Source: Anthoceros angustus (taxonomy: Eukaryota; Plantae; Anthocerotophyta). From it: a stretch of DNA of 64,000 nt. The notes below the pieces were generated by a model that was not told the origin of the DNA, did not search any database, and saw only the letters and a list, made by a program, of their open reading frames with translations. The DNA lies in assembly GCA_010909165.1 (NCBI GenBank), contig MU008175.1, positions 1,107,370 through 1,171,369 on the forward strand. The letters are read 5' to 3'. The position numbers were made by a program, and so were the translations under genes. Of this stretch, positions 1-14,094 are shown in pieces. Position 1 is the stretch's first letter. Each line of letters begins with the position of its first letter.

Positions 1-3
1 TAC

Positions 4-1290
4 CTCTCCAACGCAGATCCCCTGCCCACGCTGATGCAAGTCTCTGTACTGTCCTTTGACTGGCGAGCAATCAGGCTTGCCAGGAGAAGGAACCCGCTCA
101 AACGAATCCTGTGCACAAAATATCCGCCATTCAAAAGTCAAGTGGAACCTGACTGTAAAAAAGACGTGCCAAGAAACCATTAGCTAACAGTATCGTTACC
201 TCGTGACCTGGGCTCAATGCTGCCGGAGGTGCTTGGGAAGAGAAATCTATGCACACACCATGATACAATACCGCAAAGATTAGAGAACACCCAGCCACCA
301 CGTTCATGATTCGACCAAAAAAACTGACATGAGCGGGGCCGGTGCACCAAAACATAGAAAAGGATGCACGATGAAAACACACCAAACTTCAATCTGCCAC
401 GACAGCCAAAAATCACATCCCCACCCATCTTATGATCCTCTGGGTTCCTCATTTCAAGTCACCAATCAAGCTCCGTAACACAGTGCGAGCACCGCACCTC
501 AACTGGCATCTCTTTTCATCATGAACCCTACAGTCATCAGAGACAAAGGAGGATGTTGAGGACAGAATCCAGCGTCTACCTACTCACCGTTCAAATACTC
601 TCCCTCACTGTCCATCCTAGCTTTTTTCCGCGATGACTGCACACCGCACTCTTCCGTCTCTTCCGAACTGCCAGAACACAATACACACAGACACGCACAC
701 ATTCAGTAACAGTCCCTTACAAACAATCACCATCTCTAAGAAACTAAGGCGCACGCTAACACGGAGGGGAGCAAACGTACGTCTCGGCTGCCCGCCCCAA
801 ACCTTCGCCAACTGGCGTGCCCCCTCCGTCAACCTTCCCCGGGGCTGCCTCCTGCGGCTTACCAGCTGACTGTACCATCCTCGACCCCTCCTGAGAGGCC
901 GGCCTCTTCCTGCCGGAAGCTCCCTCCCGCTTCGCCTCATCGTCCCTAACAATCGCCACGCGCCGACCTTTCTGACTCCTTTCCGGCTGCTCCTGCGAAT
1001 CGCTGCCAAAGCCACTGGAAGCACGCCGCAAATGCACGGCCCCTTCAGTTTCCGCTTCGTCGTCGTGGTCCGGCGGCTTCAGCACGCGCTTCCGGGCTGC
1101 CGCCCGCATGTCCGTCAGCGACCGCGGCTTGTCCCCGCGCCCGGCCGCATTGCCGCCGCCCCGGCCAAGCTTGTCCGGCCCTGAGCCTGCCCGCGGCCGC
1201 AGCTCCGTCCGCGTTCTGGCGGCTGGCCCGCTGTCCCCACCTGAAAGCCCAGGCCGGGGTCTCTACCGGCCCGGCCTGCTGCCCGCCTGT
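4..1290 (-). CDS. 5' exons of a multi-exon gene for an unidentified protein (low-complexity N-terminus); continues beyond the left edge of the window
   Basis: GT-AG bounded segments at ~777-1270, ~582-652, 498-527 and 4-108 join in frame: ...GRAAETSEETEECGVQSSRKKARMDSEGEYLNGEVHDEKRCQLRIRLSGFLLLASLIARQSKDSTETCISVGRGSALER. Window starts at a donor site. Start codon not resolved, family not recognised. Confidence 0.4.
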
Positions 1291-1849
1291 TCTCCACAGG
1301 ACTCCGCCCGCATCCTCCTCAGACTCCTCCTCCTGCCAGCTCTGTTGTGCCATGCGGCCGCCAGCGGAAGCAAGCCACAAGTCGTGTGCTCACATGGGGC
1401 GCGCCGCCACATCCTTCACATCCTTCGCCTTCTCCGCCTCTTCCCGCTCATCTAACCCTCACACCGAGTGGCCACAGCTTACAGCTTCCTCCCTCCCTCC
1501 CTCCAACACACACCGCCACGCATCCGCGCACCGCAATTGCGAGCACCCCCGCAGCGAAGAAGCAAGAAGCAACCTCGCGGTAGCGTAGCCTAGCCAACAC
1601 TAGCGCCGTGGTGCATCGTACGGAACGGCAAGCCAGCCGGAGCGTGACGAGCGGCAGCCGCACAAGACAACAGGGAGGAACGAGGAGACAGAGGAAGCCA
1701 AGGGATTGGTGCCAGGGCCACCACATAAACCCGAGTCAAATCCCAGCACCTGCGCTCGGGTTACCGTATTCACTACGTAGTCTACCTCGTGTCACTACCT
1801 CTCCCTTTCACACCACCAATCTCCATGATGTGGGCCCAACTTGCGTAGG

Positions 1850-2560
1850 TATAGGTATGTACCTACTTACCCACTCTTCGAACCTTCGAACAAGGAAACT
1901 GAGTTTTTGTATTCAGGTATTGATAACAATCTCTGGTCGGGCAAGTGACGTCCACAACCGAGACCTCGCTCCCGCATTAAGAAAAGGTCACCTCTAATAC
2001 AGACGCCATTGAGCAAGAGTATATTGTCCTTGAAAGGGAAGAAACCGTTCTCCTTGGTCATCAAAAAAAAGGTCAGCTCTAATAGAAACGTCATTGAGCA
2101 GAGTATATTGTCGCTCCTTGAAAGGAAAGAAACCGTTCTCCTTGGTCATCAAAAACATGATATCTTGGATGGCATCGTGTGTAGCAATACGTTATTCACC
2201 CATTGCACAACGCACTAAGTGGGCCCCAGGGTCGTCGATGAAGGCCCCTCCGTAGTAGGCCGAAAGAGAACAAGCTAGTTGTTGGACCGGAGCCAGGCGA
2301 AACCTCATCGCAATAGAAAAAGAAGCTGGTGCGATTCGGAACGCCTGGATGCAAGAGTGGGCCGGGAGGCAGGAACTTGCACCCTTCTCTAAGCAAGAGG
2401 GAAGGCGAGCTCTATTGGGACGAGGAATAGATGAATCCAGAAGAAGGCCCTATAGCATCTGCCCATAATGCTTCATGGAGAGAAGCTTGCAACCCAGAAG
2501 CCCATCTACGAGAAAGGACGGGCCAGGAGCCAGGAATTCGAAGTTAAAAAGTACAAGGTC
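1850..2560 (-). mobile_element. Decayed CRE-like (RLE-type) non-LTR retrotransposon fragment, copy C
   Basis: Minus strand reads GAHLVRCAMGE*RIATHDAIQDIMFLMTKENGF...RGDLFL...EVSVVDVTCP, matching copy A (HLACCLTGGQRIATQDAVRDVMFSIARESG) and an RLE R-x-D...D-V core; contains stops. Confidence 0.7.
1982..2155. repeat. ~86-bp tandem duplication inside CRE copy C
   Basis: aaaaggtca(c/g)ctctaata...cattgagc(a)agagtatattgtc...ttgaaagg(g/a)aagaaaccgttctccttggtcatcaaaaa occurs at ~1982 and ~2068. Confidence 0.85.
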
Positions 2561-3135
2561 AGGTATTCACACCAATTGAGCTTGTAAAAGACTCCTTTTA
2601 TATCTCCCACATGGCCCTCTAAAGAAACTAATGATAAAAGCGCTCAAAGCTTTGGAGCTTACTTAGAAGCCACTAATGGAAAAGAACAAGAACTCACCCA
2701 AACAGCAACAAGACTCAAGCTTACAAAACACACCAACTTGAATACGATGTACACATAAAAGCACTTTACAATGGAATAAATGCTATCTGGGTCGGATCCC
2801 CGCCAGCATGAACATGTTAGGTTTCTTCGTTGCAAAGCACCGATATATAATAATACTTATAAATATATAGCCCTTAGGTAGCATCAACCTACTTACCAAC
2901 CTTGCTGGTTTGTGTTCCACTCACATATATCCTAATCAAAATATATCATGAGGTGATGAAAGTGAGTGGAGGTAAATGAAACATTTTATGTTGTCGGTGG
3001 GTGATCGTGAGTAGGTTATGCTAGCCGGCTCACCACCGTGAGCGGTTCGGGTAGGAACTCTGGTGAGTTACGCTACGCGTATGATGAGTTGCGAGGTTGT
3101 TGACGACTTGACATGGTTCATGGACTCAGGCCAGC

Positions 3136-5335
3136 ATGAAGAGATGGGCGACTGGAGCATTTGGTGCATTCCTTGCACGACAGGAAAATGCGGTGAGCAA
3201 TGTGGGTGGGAGGAAGTGGGGGCGCGCGCTATCAGATGGGCCCCAGCAGCGGCAGCAGCAGCAGCAGAGCTTGAAGGTGTTTGTGGTTGCTGGGGAGCCT
3301 TCAGGAGATGTGATCGGAGGCCGGCTCATGGCTGCTCTCAACAAGCTCTCTCCCAAGCGCATCAAATTTGCTGGAGTGGGCGGGTAGGTGTGAACTGGGG
3401 CAGTGGGGTAATTCTGGGCGGACGTAATTCAGTCGCGCGTCGACCTCGGCGGGCTGTCGGGGCAAGTGTAACGGGCTTGGTGGGTGAATTTGCCCTGTTA
3501 CAGGGAGTTCATGAAAAGGGAAGGACTGTGCTCAGAGTTCGACATGGAGGACCTAAGCGTGATGGGGCTCCTGGAGCTTGTGCCGCATTTCTTCACTCTG
3601 CGGGTGCGTCCACGTTTTCCTTCTCCCAGACCAGGGTGATGATGTAGCTGGGAAAAAAGGGACTGATTGCAGGAAGTGAAGTTTGCTTGTGTGACAGAAA
3701 CGGCTGAAGCAGACTGTGAAAGCAGCTCAGGATTTCGAGCCCAACGTCGTGGTCACCATCGACTCAAAGGGTTTCTGCTTCCGCCTCCTGGAGGGCATCA
3801 GAGGTGAGATGGGGGGCTGCTCTGATCTGCTGCTGCTTTATGTGACAGTTCTGCTTGAGTTGTGATGGAGTCATGCCCAATGCAAACTTCGCTGGTGCCC
3901 AGATGCGTGTGTGAAAGCTGGTCGTGACCGGCCGCTGGCTGTGCATTATGTTGCACCTTCGTTCTGGGCCTGGAAGGGAGGGGAGGAGAAGTTGGGGAAC
4001 TTGGGTGCTTTCGTGGACCATGTCCTTTGTGTACTGCCGTTTGAGAACGAGGTTTGTAGAGCTCATGGAGTGGACGCCACGTTCGTGGGCCATCCGGTTC
4101 TTGAGGATGCTTTTGATCATAACACAGCTGTATGGAACCACTGGTACCTTTCCTCTGTTTCCAGTCTCCATTCACAACCCTTTTGTGTTCGTTTTATTTG
4201 GAGAAGAACACCCGATGCTTTTCGTCTCATGCTGTTTATTTTAGCGTGGGATAGTGGAAATTCTGACGCTGTAGGGCAATGCAGAGGGAGGTTGATTCGG
4301 ACGTGCAGAAATGGTTCATCAGAGGTGATGGTGCCACCTTTCGGGAAGAACATGGCCTGCCTTCAGGTAAGTTTTCATCAATGTCTCTGCTCTTGACGTA
4401 AGGCATCTGCCATCCTCAGTATTTGCTTGTTAGGCAGATTGCGGTGTTGTCATGTCGTGCAGAATTGGCTTGTGATGGCAGATGAGACTTTGATCAGCGT
4501 ACTCCCAGGGAGCCGATTGCAAGAAGTGAAGCGAATGCTTCCCATCTTCCAAAGAGCTCTTGGGATGTTGAAGAAGAGCATGCCAAACGTGACAGCCGTT
4601 ATCCCTACCGTGCCCAGCGAACAGGTGACAAGAACAGTGCAAGATGTTGTCAGGGGGTGGGACTTCCCGGCAATTCTACTCCCGGCAGCCTCTCAATCCC
4701 AGAAGTACGATTCATTTGCTGTAAGTGCTTCTCCGGGCTGGATAGTGTGCTACCTTGTGCCTCCCCATGCAGTAGCTCACTCTCTCACTTCTCTGTTCCC
4801 ATGACCAGGCCAGCAGTGCAGCATTGTGCACATCCGGAACAGCAGTACTCCAAATGCAGATGGCACGGCTGCCCGCGGTGGTTGCCTACCGCAGCAATGT
4901 GATCACCGAGCAGGTCATTCTGGCTCGAACAAAGCTCCGCTACATGTCTCTGCCCAACATAATGTTGGATACAGCTGTTCTGCCAGAAGCTCTCTTCTCC
5001 CGCTGCTCCCCAGAAAACCTCGTCTACTTTCTGAGGTAGAATATCCAGCTCTCCCCTGGTGACAATCACGCATGCCCATCTCACCAGCTCACTCGTTGCT
5101 GGTGCTGTGCAGGCAAGCACTTACTTGTGATGGCTTTAGGGAAACGCAGAGGGAAGCTGCTGACCGCGTGCTGCCCATGCTCGCTCCGCCGGAGAGAAGA
5201 TCGGGGATCAGACCCAGCATGGTTGCTGCCAAAGCCATCCTTGACAGCCTGAGGAGGCGTGGCGATGGCTGCGGATCCAGTCCACCTACTGAACCACTTC
5301 GCTGTCATTCTCTTGAAACGTGCACAAGTGAATGA
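3136..5335 (+). CDS. LpxB: Lipid-A-disaccharide synthase (plant LpxB, probably mitochondrial), multi-exon
   Basis: Motifs in successive exons: VFVVAGEPSGDVIGGRLM...AGVGG; DLSVMGLLELVPH; VVTIDSKGF; HYVAPSFWAW; LCVLPFE; FVGHP; LPGSRLQEV; SGTAVLQ; SLPNI; PEALF. Arg/Ala-rich N-terminal presequence. Confidence 0.95.
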
Positions 5336-5419
5336 TAGATCTTCGTTGTTGGACCCCAATATTTAGTAGTGATGTGGGAGAGAGTTTATGCAGGAAGAAA
5401 AGAGCATCTACACGGAAAA

Positions 5420-6230
5420 AAAAAGGGGGTCAACGCAACGAAAGGCACCTGGCCCAGGGATTAATTCTCGCGATCGTTTTTTTCAAAAGTATCTATCATA
5501 GGAAGAAGCCTTGCATGAGAGGCATGCAAGTCTGGATCTAGTTAGTAAGTTATAAGCATTAATAGTAAGATTTAGCTTAGGGCTTAAGGAAAAAAGTCTG
5601 CTTTAGGCAGTTACTTTGGAAATGATGTAAGCCTCCCTATAAAAGGAGATGAGGCTAGCCTTAGGGAGACACATCCTGTGATCCTAGCATTGGGAGCTAC
5701 ACTCGTGAGGATAGGACTGTGGTGCATAGAGGCCTTGGGAGCCTAGAGTGTGAGCATGTCTAAAAGGATCCTAGCACTTGGGAGCTACACTCTTGTGAGA
5801 ATAGGACTGTGGTGCCTAGAGGCCGTGGGAGCCTAGAGTGTGAGCGTGCTAGAGGAGAGCTGTTTGAGGAGGAGATCGAGGGGAGAGAGCCAAGGTCCTA
5901 GCTTAGGCAAAGATGGGGAGCTTTCTCTGATCTCTCATGTATTCTTGTTGACTCTTGCTGGAATAAACAATAGAGTCAGACGTGCTAAGTGCGAGTCGTC
6001 CCGTCGAAGGACGGCGGGCTACTTGGGGGGCCTAATGCTGGTTTCTGGTGATGTTCTTGTCTCTAACTGCGTGACTGGACCACCTCGCTGGAAAGGGGGT
6101 GTTACTCTCGTCCTCAGAATCTCGTGATCGGGGATAATAAAGGGCCTATCACCGTTGCCTCCCTATATTTAGTACTTCCCTTATTATCATTAATTTGATA
6201 CTGCAATTCCAGAGAGGCTACTTGTTGGAA
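5420..6230 (+). repeat. LTR-like remnant containing an 87-bp tandem duplication (5680-5853)
   Basis: Purine run ggaaaaaaaaaggggg at ~5414-5428, TATAAAAGG at ~5638, AATAAA at ~5962, and two copies of gatcctagca(c)ttgggagctacactc...ataggactgtggtgc...gggagcctagagtgtgagc. No TG...CA ends or PBS identified. Confidence 0.35.
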
Positions 6231-7659
6231 GCGATAAATGTGAGCGGCTCTCCTCCCCGACATTTTCCTTTCCCGGCCCTCTCATGGCTTCCATAGGTCT
6301 AGACTACCATCGCCTAGTGCACGCCAACTCACTGCCATGTGTCTGAGATGGGAATTGGCACAAAAGGTTAGAGATCGGAACGACCTCCCAGCGTTCAAAC
6401 CGGATCTTGGTGAACCTCGCTATGCAGCGAGCAGGCTACCTGAGGTACTTTGAAAGCACCAATCTTGCCCCACTAGCGCCCTGTAGAGGCGTGGATGGAT
6501 GGAATAATCGGCAGAGCATTCAAAAAAAGCCTCCTTGACCCGAGAGCGATAGGGTCATGCTGGCCTATTTTTTGAATAATTCACCAGCTTCACTCCTTCA
6601 ATTTTCCTATTTACACTCCTTCAATTTTCCTATTTACATCTAGTGTTCAATAAATCTAGGAAAATCACGCCTTCCTCATGCTCTCACGGCCTTTCCAATA
6701 GTGTGTGATTTGCATTCATCCGATTCACACATAAGCAGAAAAGGCATCTCGCAACGAGAGCCGCGATTCTGCGACTTTCGGAGACTGTGGCTTGTGGGGA
6801 AGCAATTTCTGCACTGCTACGTAGCATCAACATGGCTTTCTGACCAGCGCACCTAGGGGAGCATCCCCTCCCAAAATCAGCTCGAAAAACTCAACATGGA
6901 TCAAATTCAGGCGTTCTAATCGGCAAATCCCTCACAAAATTGGGTCGATTGAAGGCAAATGTTTTCTACCAATCCATGGCCTATTACTACACCCCCGCCT
7001 ACCCAAACTTGTATATATCCTGAAATGCGTCAGCCGTCTACCCACAAGGCGCCTTCCCATTCGCCTGCCCGCTCCGCTGGGGCACGCCGTACCAGCAACT
7101 CCTTTTGCCTGCGCCAAAATACCAAACCAAAAAGGGGGAAGTGTATGACAAGCTCTTGCCGGGTGCAAGAGAAACAATGAGGCTCCTAAAATTGCCTCCA
7201 AATGCCCTCACGTTCATATCAAGATTCTTGATGTTGTGGTGATTGGTTCTTTTTTGGTTTTTAGATCAATAGGTGCAGAACAGAAAGCAAAAGAAGGCTC
7301 CTCGTCATGCTTGATTTATTGGGGCCATGTATTTTCGTAAGAGCATGAAAACATACCTCAAAGTCTCGATTTGAGACAGTCGGTCATTGTGACTTAAGGG
7401 TGGAGACGAATCTAGAGCTTAGCATGAGGATTGAAAAGTTGGCCCTGCAACACAACTACACACAAGAAAAGCAGGAGGAAGGTTCCATCCTCGTGAATAT
7501 GTCTACTATAAAACAAGACCTAGTGGCAAGCAGCATGTGTGAGAAAACAAGCAGGGAACCAAGGGCGCAAGCTTGAAACGAATCTCTGGTAGTGCAGGTC
7601 AAATAATTAGGACATAGGCCTCACCACTAGCTGTACAGCTTGAATCCGCTAACGTTCTT

Positions 7660-7906
7660 TATAGCCAGTTTCTCAAAACTCAAGTTTCTCTAATGCCTGC
7701 TTTCTTTCAAAAGCCGGTTTCTCAACAGCCAGATTTTTAAAAAGTACCATTTTCTCAAGAGCCAAGTTTCTCTAATGCTTTCTTTTGAAATTCAATTCTT
7801 TCTTTCAAAAGAAAGCCAGTTTCTCAAAAGCCAAGTTTCTCTAGTGCCTTTTTTCTTTCAAAAGAAAGCTGGTTTCTCCAAAGCCAAGTTTCTCTAGTGC
7901 CTTCTT
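7660..7906. repeat. Degenerate ~50-55-bp minisatellite (left flank of CRE copy A)
   Basis: Core tttctcaaaagccaagtttctcta(g/a)tgc recurs about four times with variants; the same unit recurs at 10116-10200. Confidence 0.85.
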
Positions 7907-10115
7907 GCTACTCTTCGCGCCCTTCATCCGGGCCCAAGGAGCTCCACTTCGCAGGATATTCGGGACTTTGTCCCGAAAGAGCTCTTCTATCTTGATACGG
8001 CCATCTTCGGTCGGGCCTTAACCACTGCCCCGCGCCTCTCTTCGGGTGGCTGGTCTGGAACGGTCTATGACCACCTTTGGAACCATTTTACTCCCATGGA
8101 TCCTTCTAGCGGTTTTTCCGAGCTGTTTCTTCTGGCTACCGCTGTGGCGAGGGGGAAGACTCCTCTTCGCATCTTTCAAGTGTTGGATGCGAGCAGGTTG
8201 TTGGCAATGGAGAAGCCCACCCCAGGGGTGTGTCCAGGGGACTGCGGCTTATTGGCCCTAGTATTGCCATCCAGCTCCGGGAGCAGTTCCAAGCCCATCT
8301 TAGTCCTCATCAGTTTGAAAATGCTACGCCAGGGGGCTGCGAGTCTGTGGCTTTTGGGGTGGAGGCCTTCGACGAGCTCAAGAACACAAGTGGGCAGTTG
8401 GCCAGCCTTATTCCTTTTGTCCGCTCCTTTTATGGGTCGCCTTCCAACCTCTATTATCAGCATGGCCCCTCGGTGGAAGGGGTCTGTGGCCGAGCTCTGA
8501 CGGGCACTAGGCAAGGTGACCCTGGAGGTGCTCTCTTTGCCATGGCGCATTTCGTGGCTTTGTCTCTCTACGCCTTGTGGGAATGCTTGTATCTGTCTCT
8601 GGCCGACAATACCCATATCCTGGGGCCTGGAGACAAGGTTAAACTGGGGTTCGATTTCTTCACTTCAGAGCTCTCCCGCCTCGGTTTGAAGGTAAAAATC
8701 ATCAAGTGCAAGGTTTTGGTCTCCCTTTGGCGTTGTGGCTTTTCTCCGGTATCCGGAGGGGGATATTGTTCTCTGCCGGGGCTTCGGGTTCTTGGTGTCC
8801 CGATTGGGCCTCCAGCCTTCACCCAGGATTATGTGGACACGGCTTTTGGCTGAGGATTTGGCGCACATCCACGACCTTTCTCAACTGGGAGACCCGCAAG
8901 TGGCGTTTGGGTTCCTCTCCTTTTGTTTTGCACGTCGGCCAGGGTACCTTCTCCGAACGGTTGCCCCCTCCCCGGTTTTCTTGTCTAGCTTAAGGAATTT
9001 CGACAAGCGGCTTATGCCCTTCCCGTCGCTTTTGGGAGCACTGGTTTGCTGGCCACGGAGGCCTCCGCGCTAGACGCTTTCTTAGGGACGTGGGCTCTCT
9101 GTACCCCTATCTTCTCCTCCCATTTCTTAATTTGGCATTCACATATCCTGGAGGCTTTTGTCGCGGGCTTTGAGGAGGGGACTTTTCCTGTGCAGGCCTC
9201 ACTAAAGATTAGCTAGGGACTCTTTATCTTCCGAGGCTAGGGCTGCCATGCCGTGTTTTTCCTTGCTTTCCGAGGTTGGGCTCCGAGGGCTTGAGGCGTC
9301 CCTCCTGGAGAAACAGTACGGGCAGGCGCAATTGGCCCTCCTCCCGGATTCCTCCATTCATGGGCCCACCTGCTCGCCTCGCTCTTGCTCGGGAAGGGAA
9401 GGTTCGTGGCTTCCGGCCCCTAGTATTCAGCGTTCGCATCGCACCAAAGAACTTTTCCATCGCGTCGTTTCCATCCTCTGGCTTGCTCTCTTTCTACTTG
9501 TAGCTGCAGGCCTGGCCCCTCTCGATGACTCTGGGATGCACTTGGCTTGCTGTCTTACGGGTGGGCAGCGTATCGCTACGCAGGATGCCGTCCGGGACGT
9601 CATGTTCTCTATTGCTAGGGAAAGCGGTTCCTTCCATTTAGGGAGCGCCCTTACACCTTGCTCGGGGTTGCGGTCGCAACGGCTAAGGTCCACAAGTACT
9701 CTCCTATGCAAGACGGCCATGCCTTCGTCCCCCTTGCCATTGAGACTCACGGAGCCATGGGCAAGGATTTCTCCATGTTCGTCAAGGCTTGCGCCAAGGC
9801 TTATCATAGCCGCAGGAATGGGGTTGGCCTCCCCCTTTCTTCTATTGTTGCTTTCTTCCGGCAGAGGGTTTCCATCGCTCTGCAGAGGGCATATTCTAAC
9901 GAGATACGGGGATCGGCTTCTTTGACACCGGTGGTAAGTAGGCCTTTTCACATCCCTGACCACGAAGCTCTTCGGGCGGTTGGTAGTTTTGAAATGCGTG
10001 ATCGTGGGGACTAGTCCCCCTGGCATGGTGCCCTTCGTTAGCTTTTTCCCCCTTTGTTTTTGGGCGGACGGGGTTTTCCCATCTCTTATTTGTAATAAAG
10101 TCTTCTTTTCCCTTC
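7907..10115 (+). mobile_element. 5'-truncated, decayed CRE-like non-LTR retrotransposon (RT + Zn-knuckle + RLE region), copy A
   Basis: RT: ASRLLAMEKP...PHQF...GGCE, GTRQGDPGGALFA, LADNTHILG, GLKVKIIKCKV, GLRVLGVPIG. Then HLACC..GG.RIATQDAVRD, and RLE tail AKVHKY...FVPLAIETHGAMG...FFRQRVSIALQR. Many stops, frameshifts and internal deletions. Confidence 0.85.
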
Positions 10116-10200
10116 TTTCTTTCAAAAGAAAGGTGGTTTCTCAAAAGCCAAGTTTCTCTAGTGCCTTCTTTCTTTCAAAAGAAAGCCGATTTCTCAAAAA
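10116..10200. repeat. Right-flank copy of the minisatellite unit / ~55-bp direct repeat
   Basis: 10116-10170 tttctttcaaaagaaaggtggtttctcaaaagccaagtttctctagtgccttctt differs from 7852-7906 at 2 positions. Confidence 0.9.
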
Positions 10201-10243
10201 GTTGTACGAAATGTTTGATCAACAGTTCAACAGCTCTGATTCA

Positions 10244-10317
10244 TGGGTTCCCCCAGATTCGAACCAGACATCTTCAGTTTGATCAACTGACATAGTAACC
10301 AACTAGACCATGACAAT
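10244..10317 (-). pseudogene. tRNA-Val-derived pseudogene or SINE-like head
   Basis: Minus strand ATTGTCATGGTCTAGTTGGTTACTATGTCAGTTGATCAAACTGAAGATGTCTGGTTCGAATCTGGGGGAACCCA (74 nt) aligns with plant cytosolic tRNA-Val. A box TGGTCTAGTTGG, B box GGTTCGAATC and anticodon stem TCAGT/ACTGA are kept; acceptor stem, D stem and anticodon are degenerate. Confidence 0.65.
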
Positions 10318-11288
10318 CAAACAAATACATTAAATTCCTTTAATATTTAACTGCCTAACCTATAAATTTTCGTCACTAACCACCAATCCGCTGCGTAGCC
10401 GGCGGGGTGCGGCTGTCTTAGTGCACGAGAAGAAGAAGAAAAGAATTTTCTATGATCTACTAAGGACAACATTTTATTCATACGAGTTAGCACATGAAAA
10501 ATTGCACCATGAGCACCCTGTCCCTCTTGTCTCCCCATCCAATAAGCATGGAGGTTTTTTCTGGTGAATTTAGAGTTTATATAGATGTTTCAAAATATAC
10601 ATCAAAGTCCTGCACTCAGATTTTTTGATCAGGAGTAACTCCACAGGGCACTAACAATGATGGGTGGCATCCCATCCAAGCAATGATATGTTTGAAGGAC
10701 GCTTAACTTGGAGTTCTAGTGAACTCACTATTGGATGTCACTCCTTAAAGGGAGGACGACATGGAGGTTTTGAACACTTTAGCGACAGGCACTAGGGAAA
10801 GATCGTGGGTTAAGGGGCAGGAGCTTTTAAAAACTTTAGGAGGGCTCGTAGCTTGTTTTGGCTTGCAACTTTTTTTAGTTGCGAACCAAGTGACATTATG
10901 GAAACCAAACCAAGAGTGAAAAAGGAAAGAAACGATTAGGAAGTCAATTAGCCTTAGAGGTCAATATTTGATAGATTGGCATTGTTTTGGATGGAAAACA
11001 AAGGTAGTAGTTGCGAGTTGTTTCTCACATTATTATTATTCTATAATAAATTTTCTCGAAAACCAAGAAAACATGTTCTTTTACATTATATGGCAGTCCT
11101 TCAGGATTGAGTCTATAGCAATTTCAAAACATTTATAAACATCCCAAAGTTACAAAGAAGCCCCGCTCAAGGGATTCATTCGGGAGTAGCCCGTAAAGCG
11201 CTGACAACAATAGGCGGCCCGCTCACCATGCGAGGATGAGAGCATAATTTTATAAAAAGCAGCCCCATAAGGCCCTGAAACTGGAGAC

Positions 11289-11408
11289 AAAAGGCACCCC
11301 ATCGTAGTACAAATGCGCTCCAATGGAGCTTGACTGTGGAGTTTCAATGAAAGGCACCCCATCTTAATACAAATGCGCTCATAGGAGCTTGACTGTGGAG
11401 TTCCAATA
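11289..11408. repeat. ~60-bp tandem duplication
   Basis: aaaggcaccccatc(g/t)ta(g/a)tacaaatgcgctc...ggagcttgactgtggagtt(t/c)caat occurs twice. Confidence 0.85.
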
Positions 11409-11413
11409 AACTT

Positions 11414-11809
11414 ACGTCTCCTTCAAGAGGGGGCACACTGCCCCATTAAAAACATTGCGAGGAGAAGTAATTTGGAGACATCTGCACAATAATTGTTCTC
11501 TATTTTGCAGGCCGAAGGGTTTGGAATTTTTGCGGCAGTAAAGCTGAACTCCATAGGTGATGGGTCCTGATGGTACTAATTTTTGTGCCGCAGTCAGAAT
11601 TGGTACATCCTGGCGAATAGTTCTGCTAAGGACTAGCTTTATAGCCGAATAGGACTGGTACATGGCCGTTCTATAAGTGATGGGGACCGGGCTGCCAACT
11701 ATAGGGAGCATTATTTCATGGTAGTCATCTTCAGCCAACGGACAGAAAACGTCGCAGACGAAAAGAGTACAAATTCCTTCAAGGTGATGATAACACTTAG
11801 TCCAGACAT
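11414..11809 (-). pseudogene. Possible frameshifted secreted Cys-containing protein (weak Gnk2-like resemblance)
   Basis: Signal-peptide-like MSGLSVIITLKEFVLFSSATFS lies one frame off from AEDDYHEI...SAIKLVLSRT...TYGVQLYC...LCRCLQ...VFNGAVC, followed by a GTAAGT donor. Confidence 0.2.
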
Positions 11810-12219
11810 TGGCGACTTGCACACATGAAGAGAAACCTCTATTTTCCACAGAGCTTGGCCGCTTGCTGATTGTGAAACTCTTCGTATTACTACAACTCGA
11901 AAATGTGATCTAAGAGAGTCAAAACTTCGTAAGGCCGCTTGTTTCAATTACTGTTTAAAAAAGGTCTCCGACAATAAAATACTAATCAGAGATTTCCAAA
12001 GAGATCCCACTCTATGGATCAAACACAGCCAGGCCATACATAAGGCACAGCAAAAGGCAAATGCAATTCCGATGCCAGTAAGCCCCGCCACCGTCTGTCA
12101 AGCACCCAAGTTTGCCTTTGACGGGCCAACAACATCCGAACATGCAAAGAACAAACGAGAAGCAAAACTGTGGTGCCAAGGGCACGCTCTGCGAACGGAA
12201 GCATGAGGGAAGTCTCAAG

Positions 12220-14094
<1,875 letters not shown>

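Noticed and set aside
3136-5335. Bacterial-type lipid A gene as recent horizontal transfer or contamination
   Set aside because: It has spliceosomal introns and a presequence; Lpx genes are established land-plant nuclear genes.
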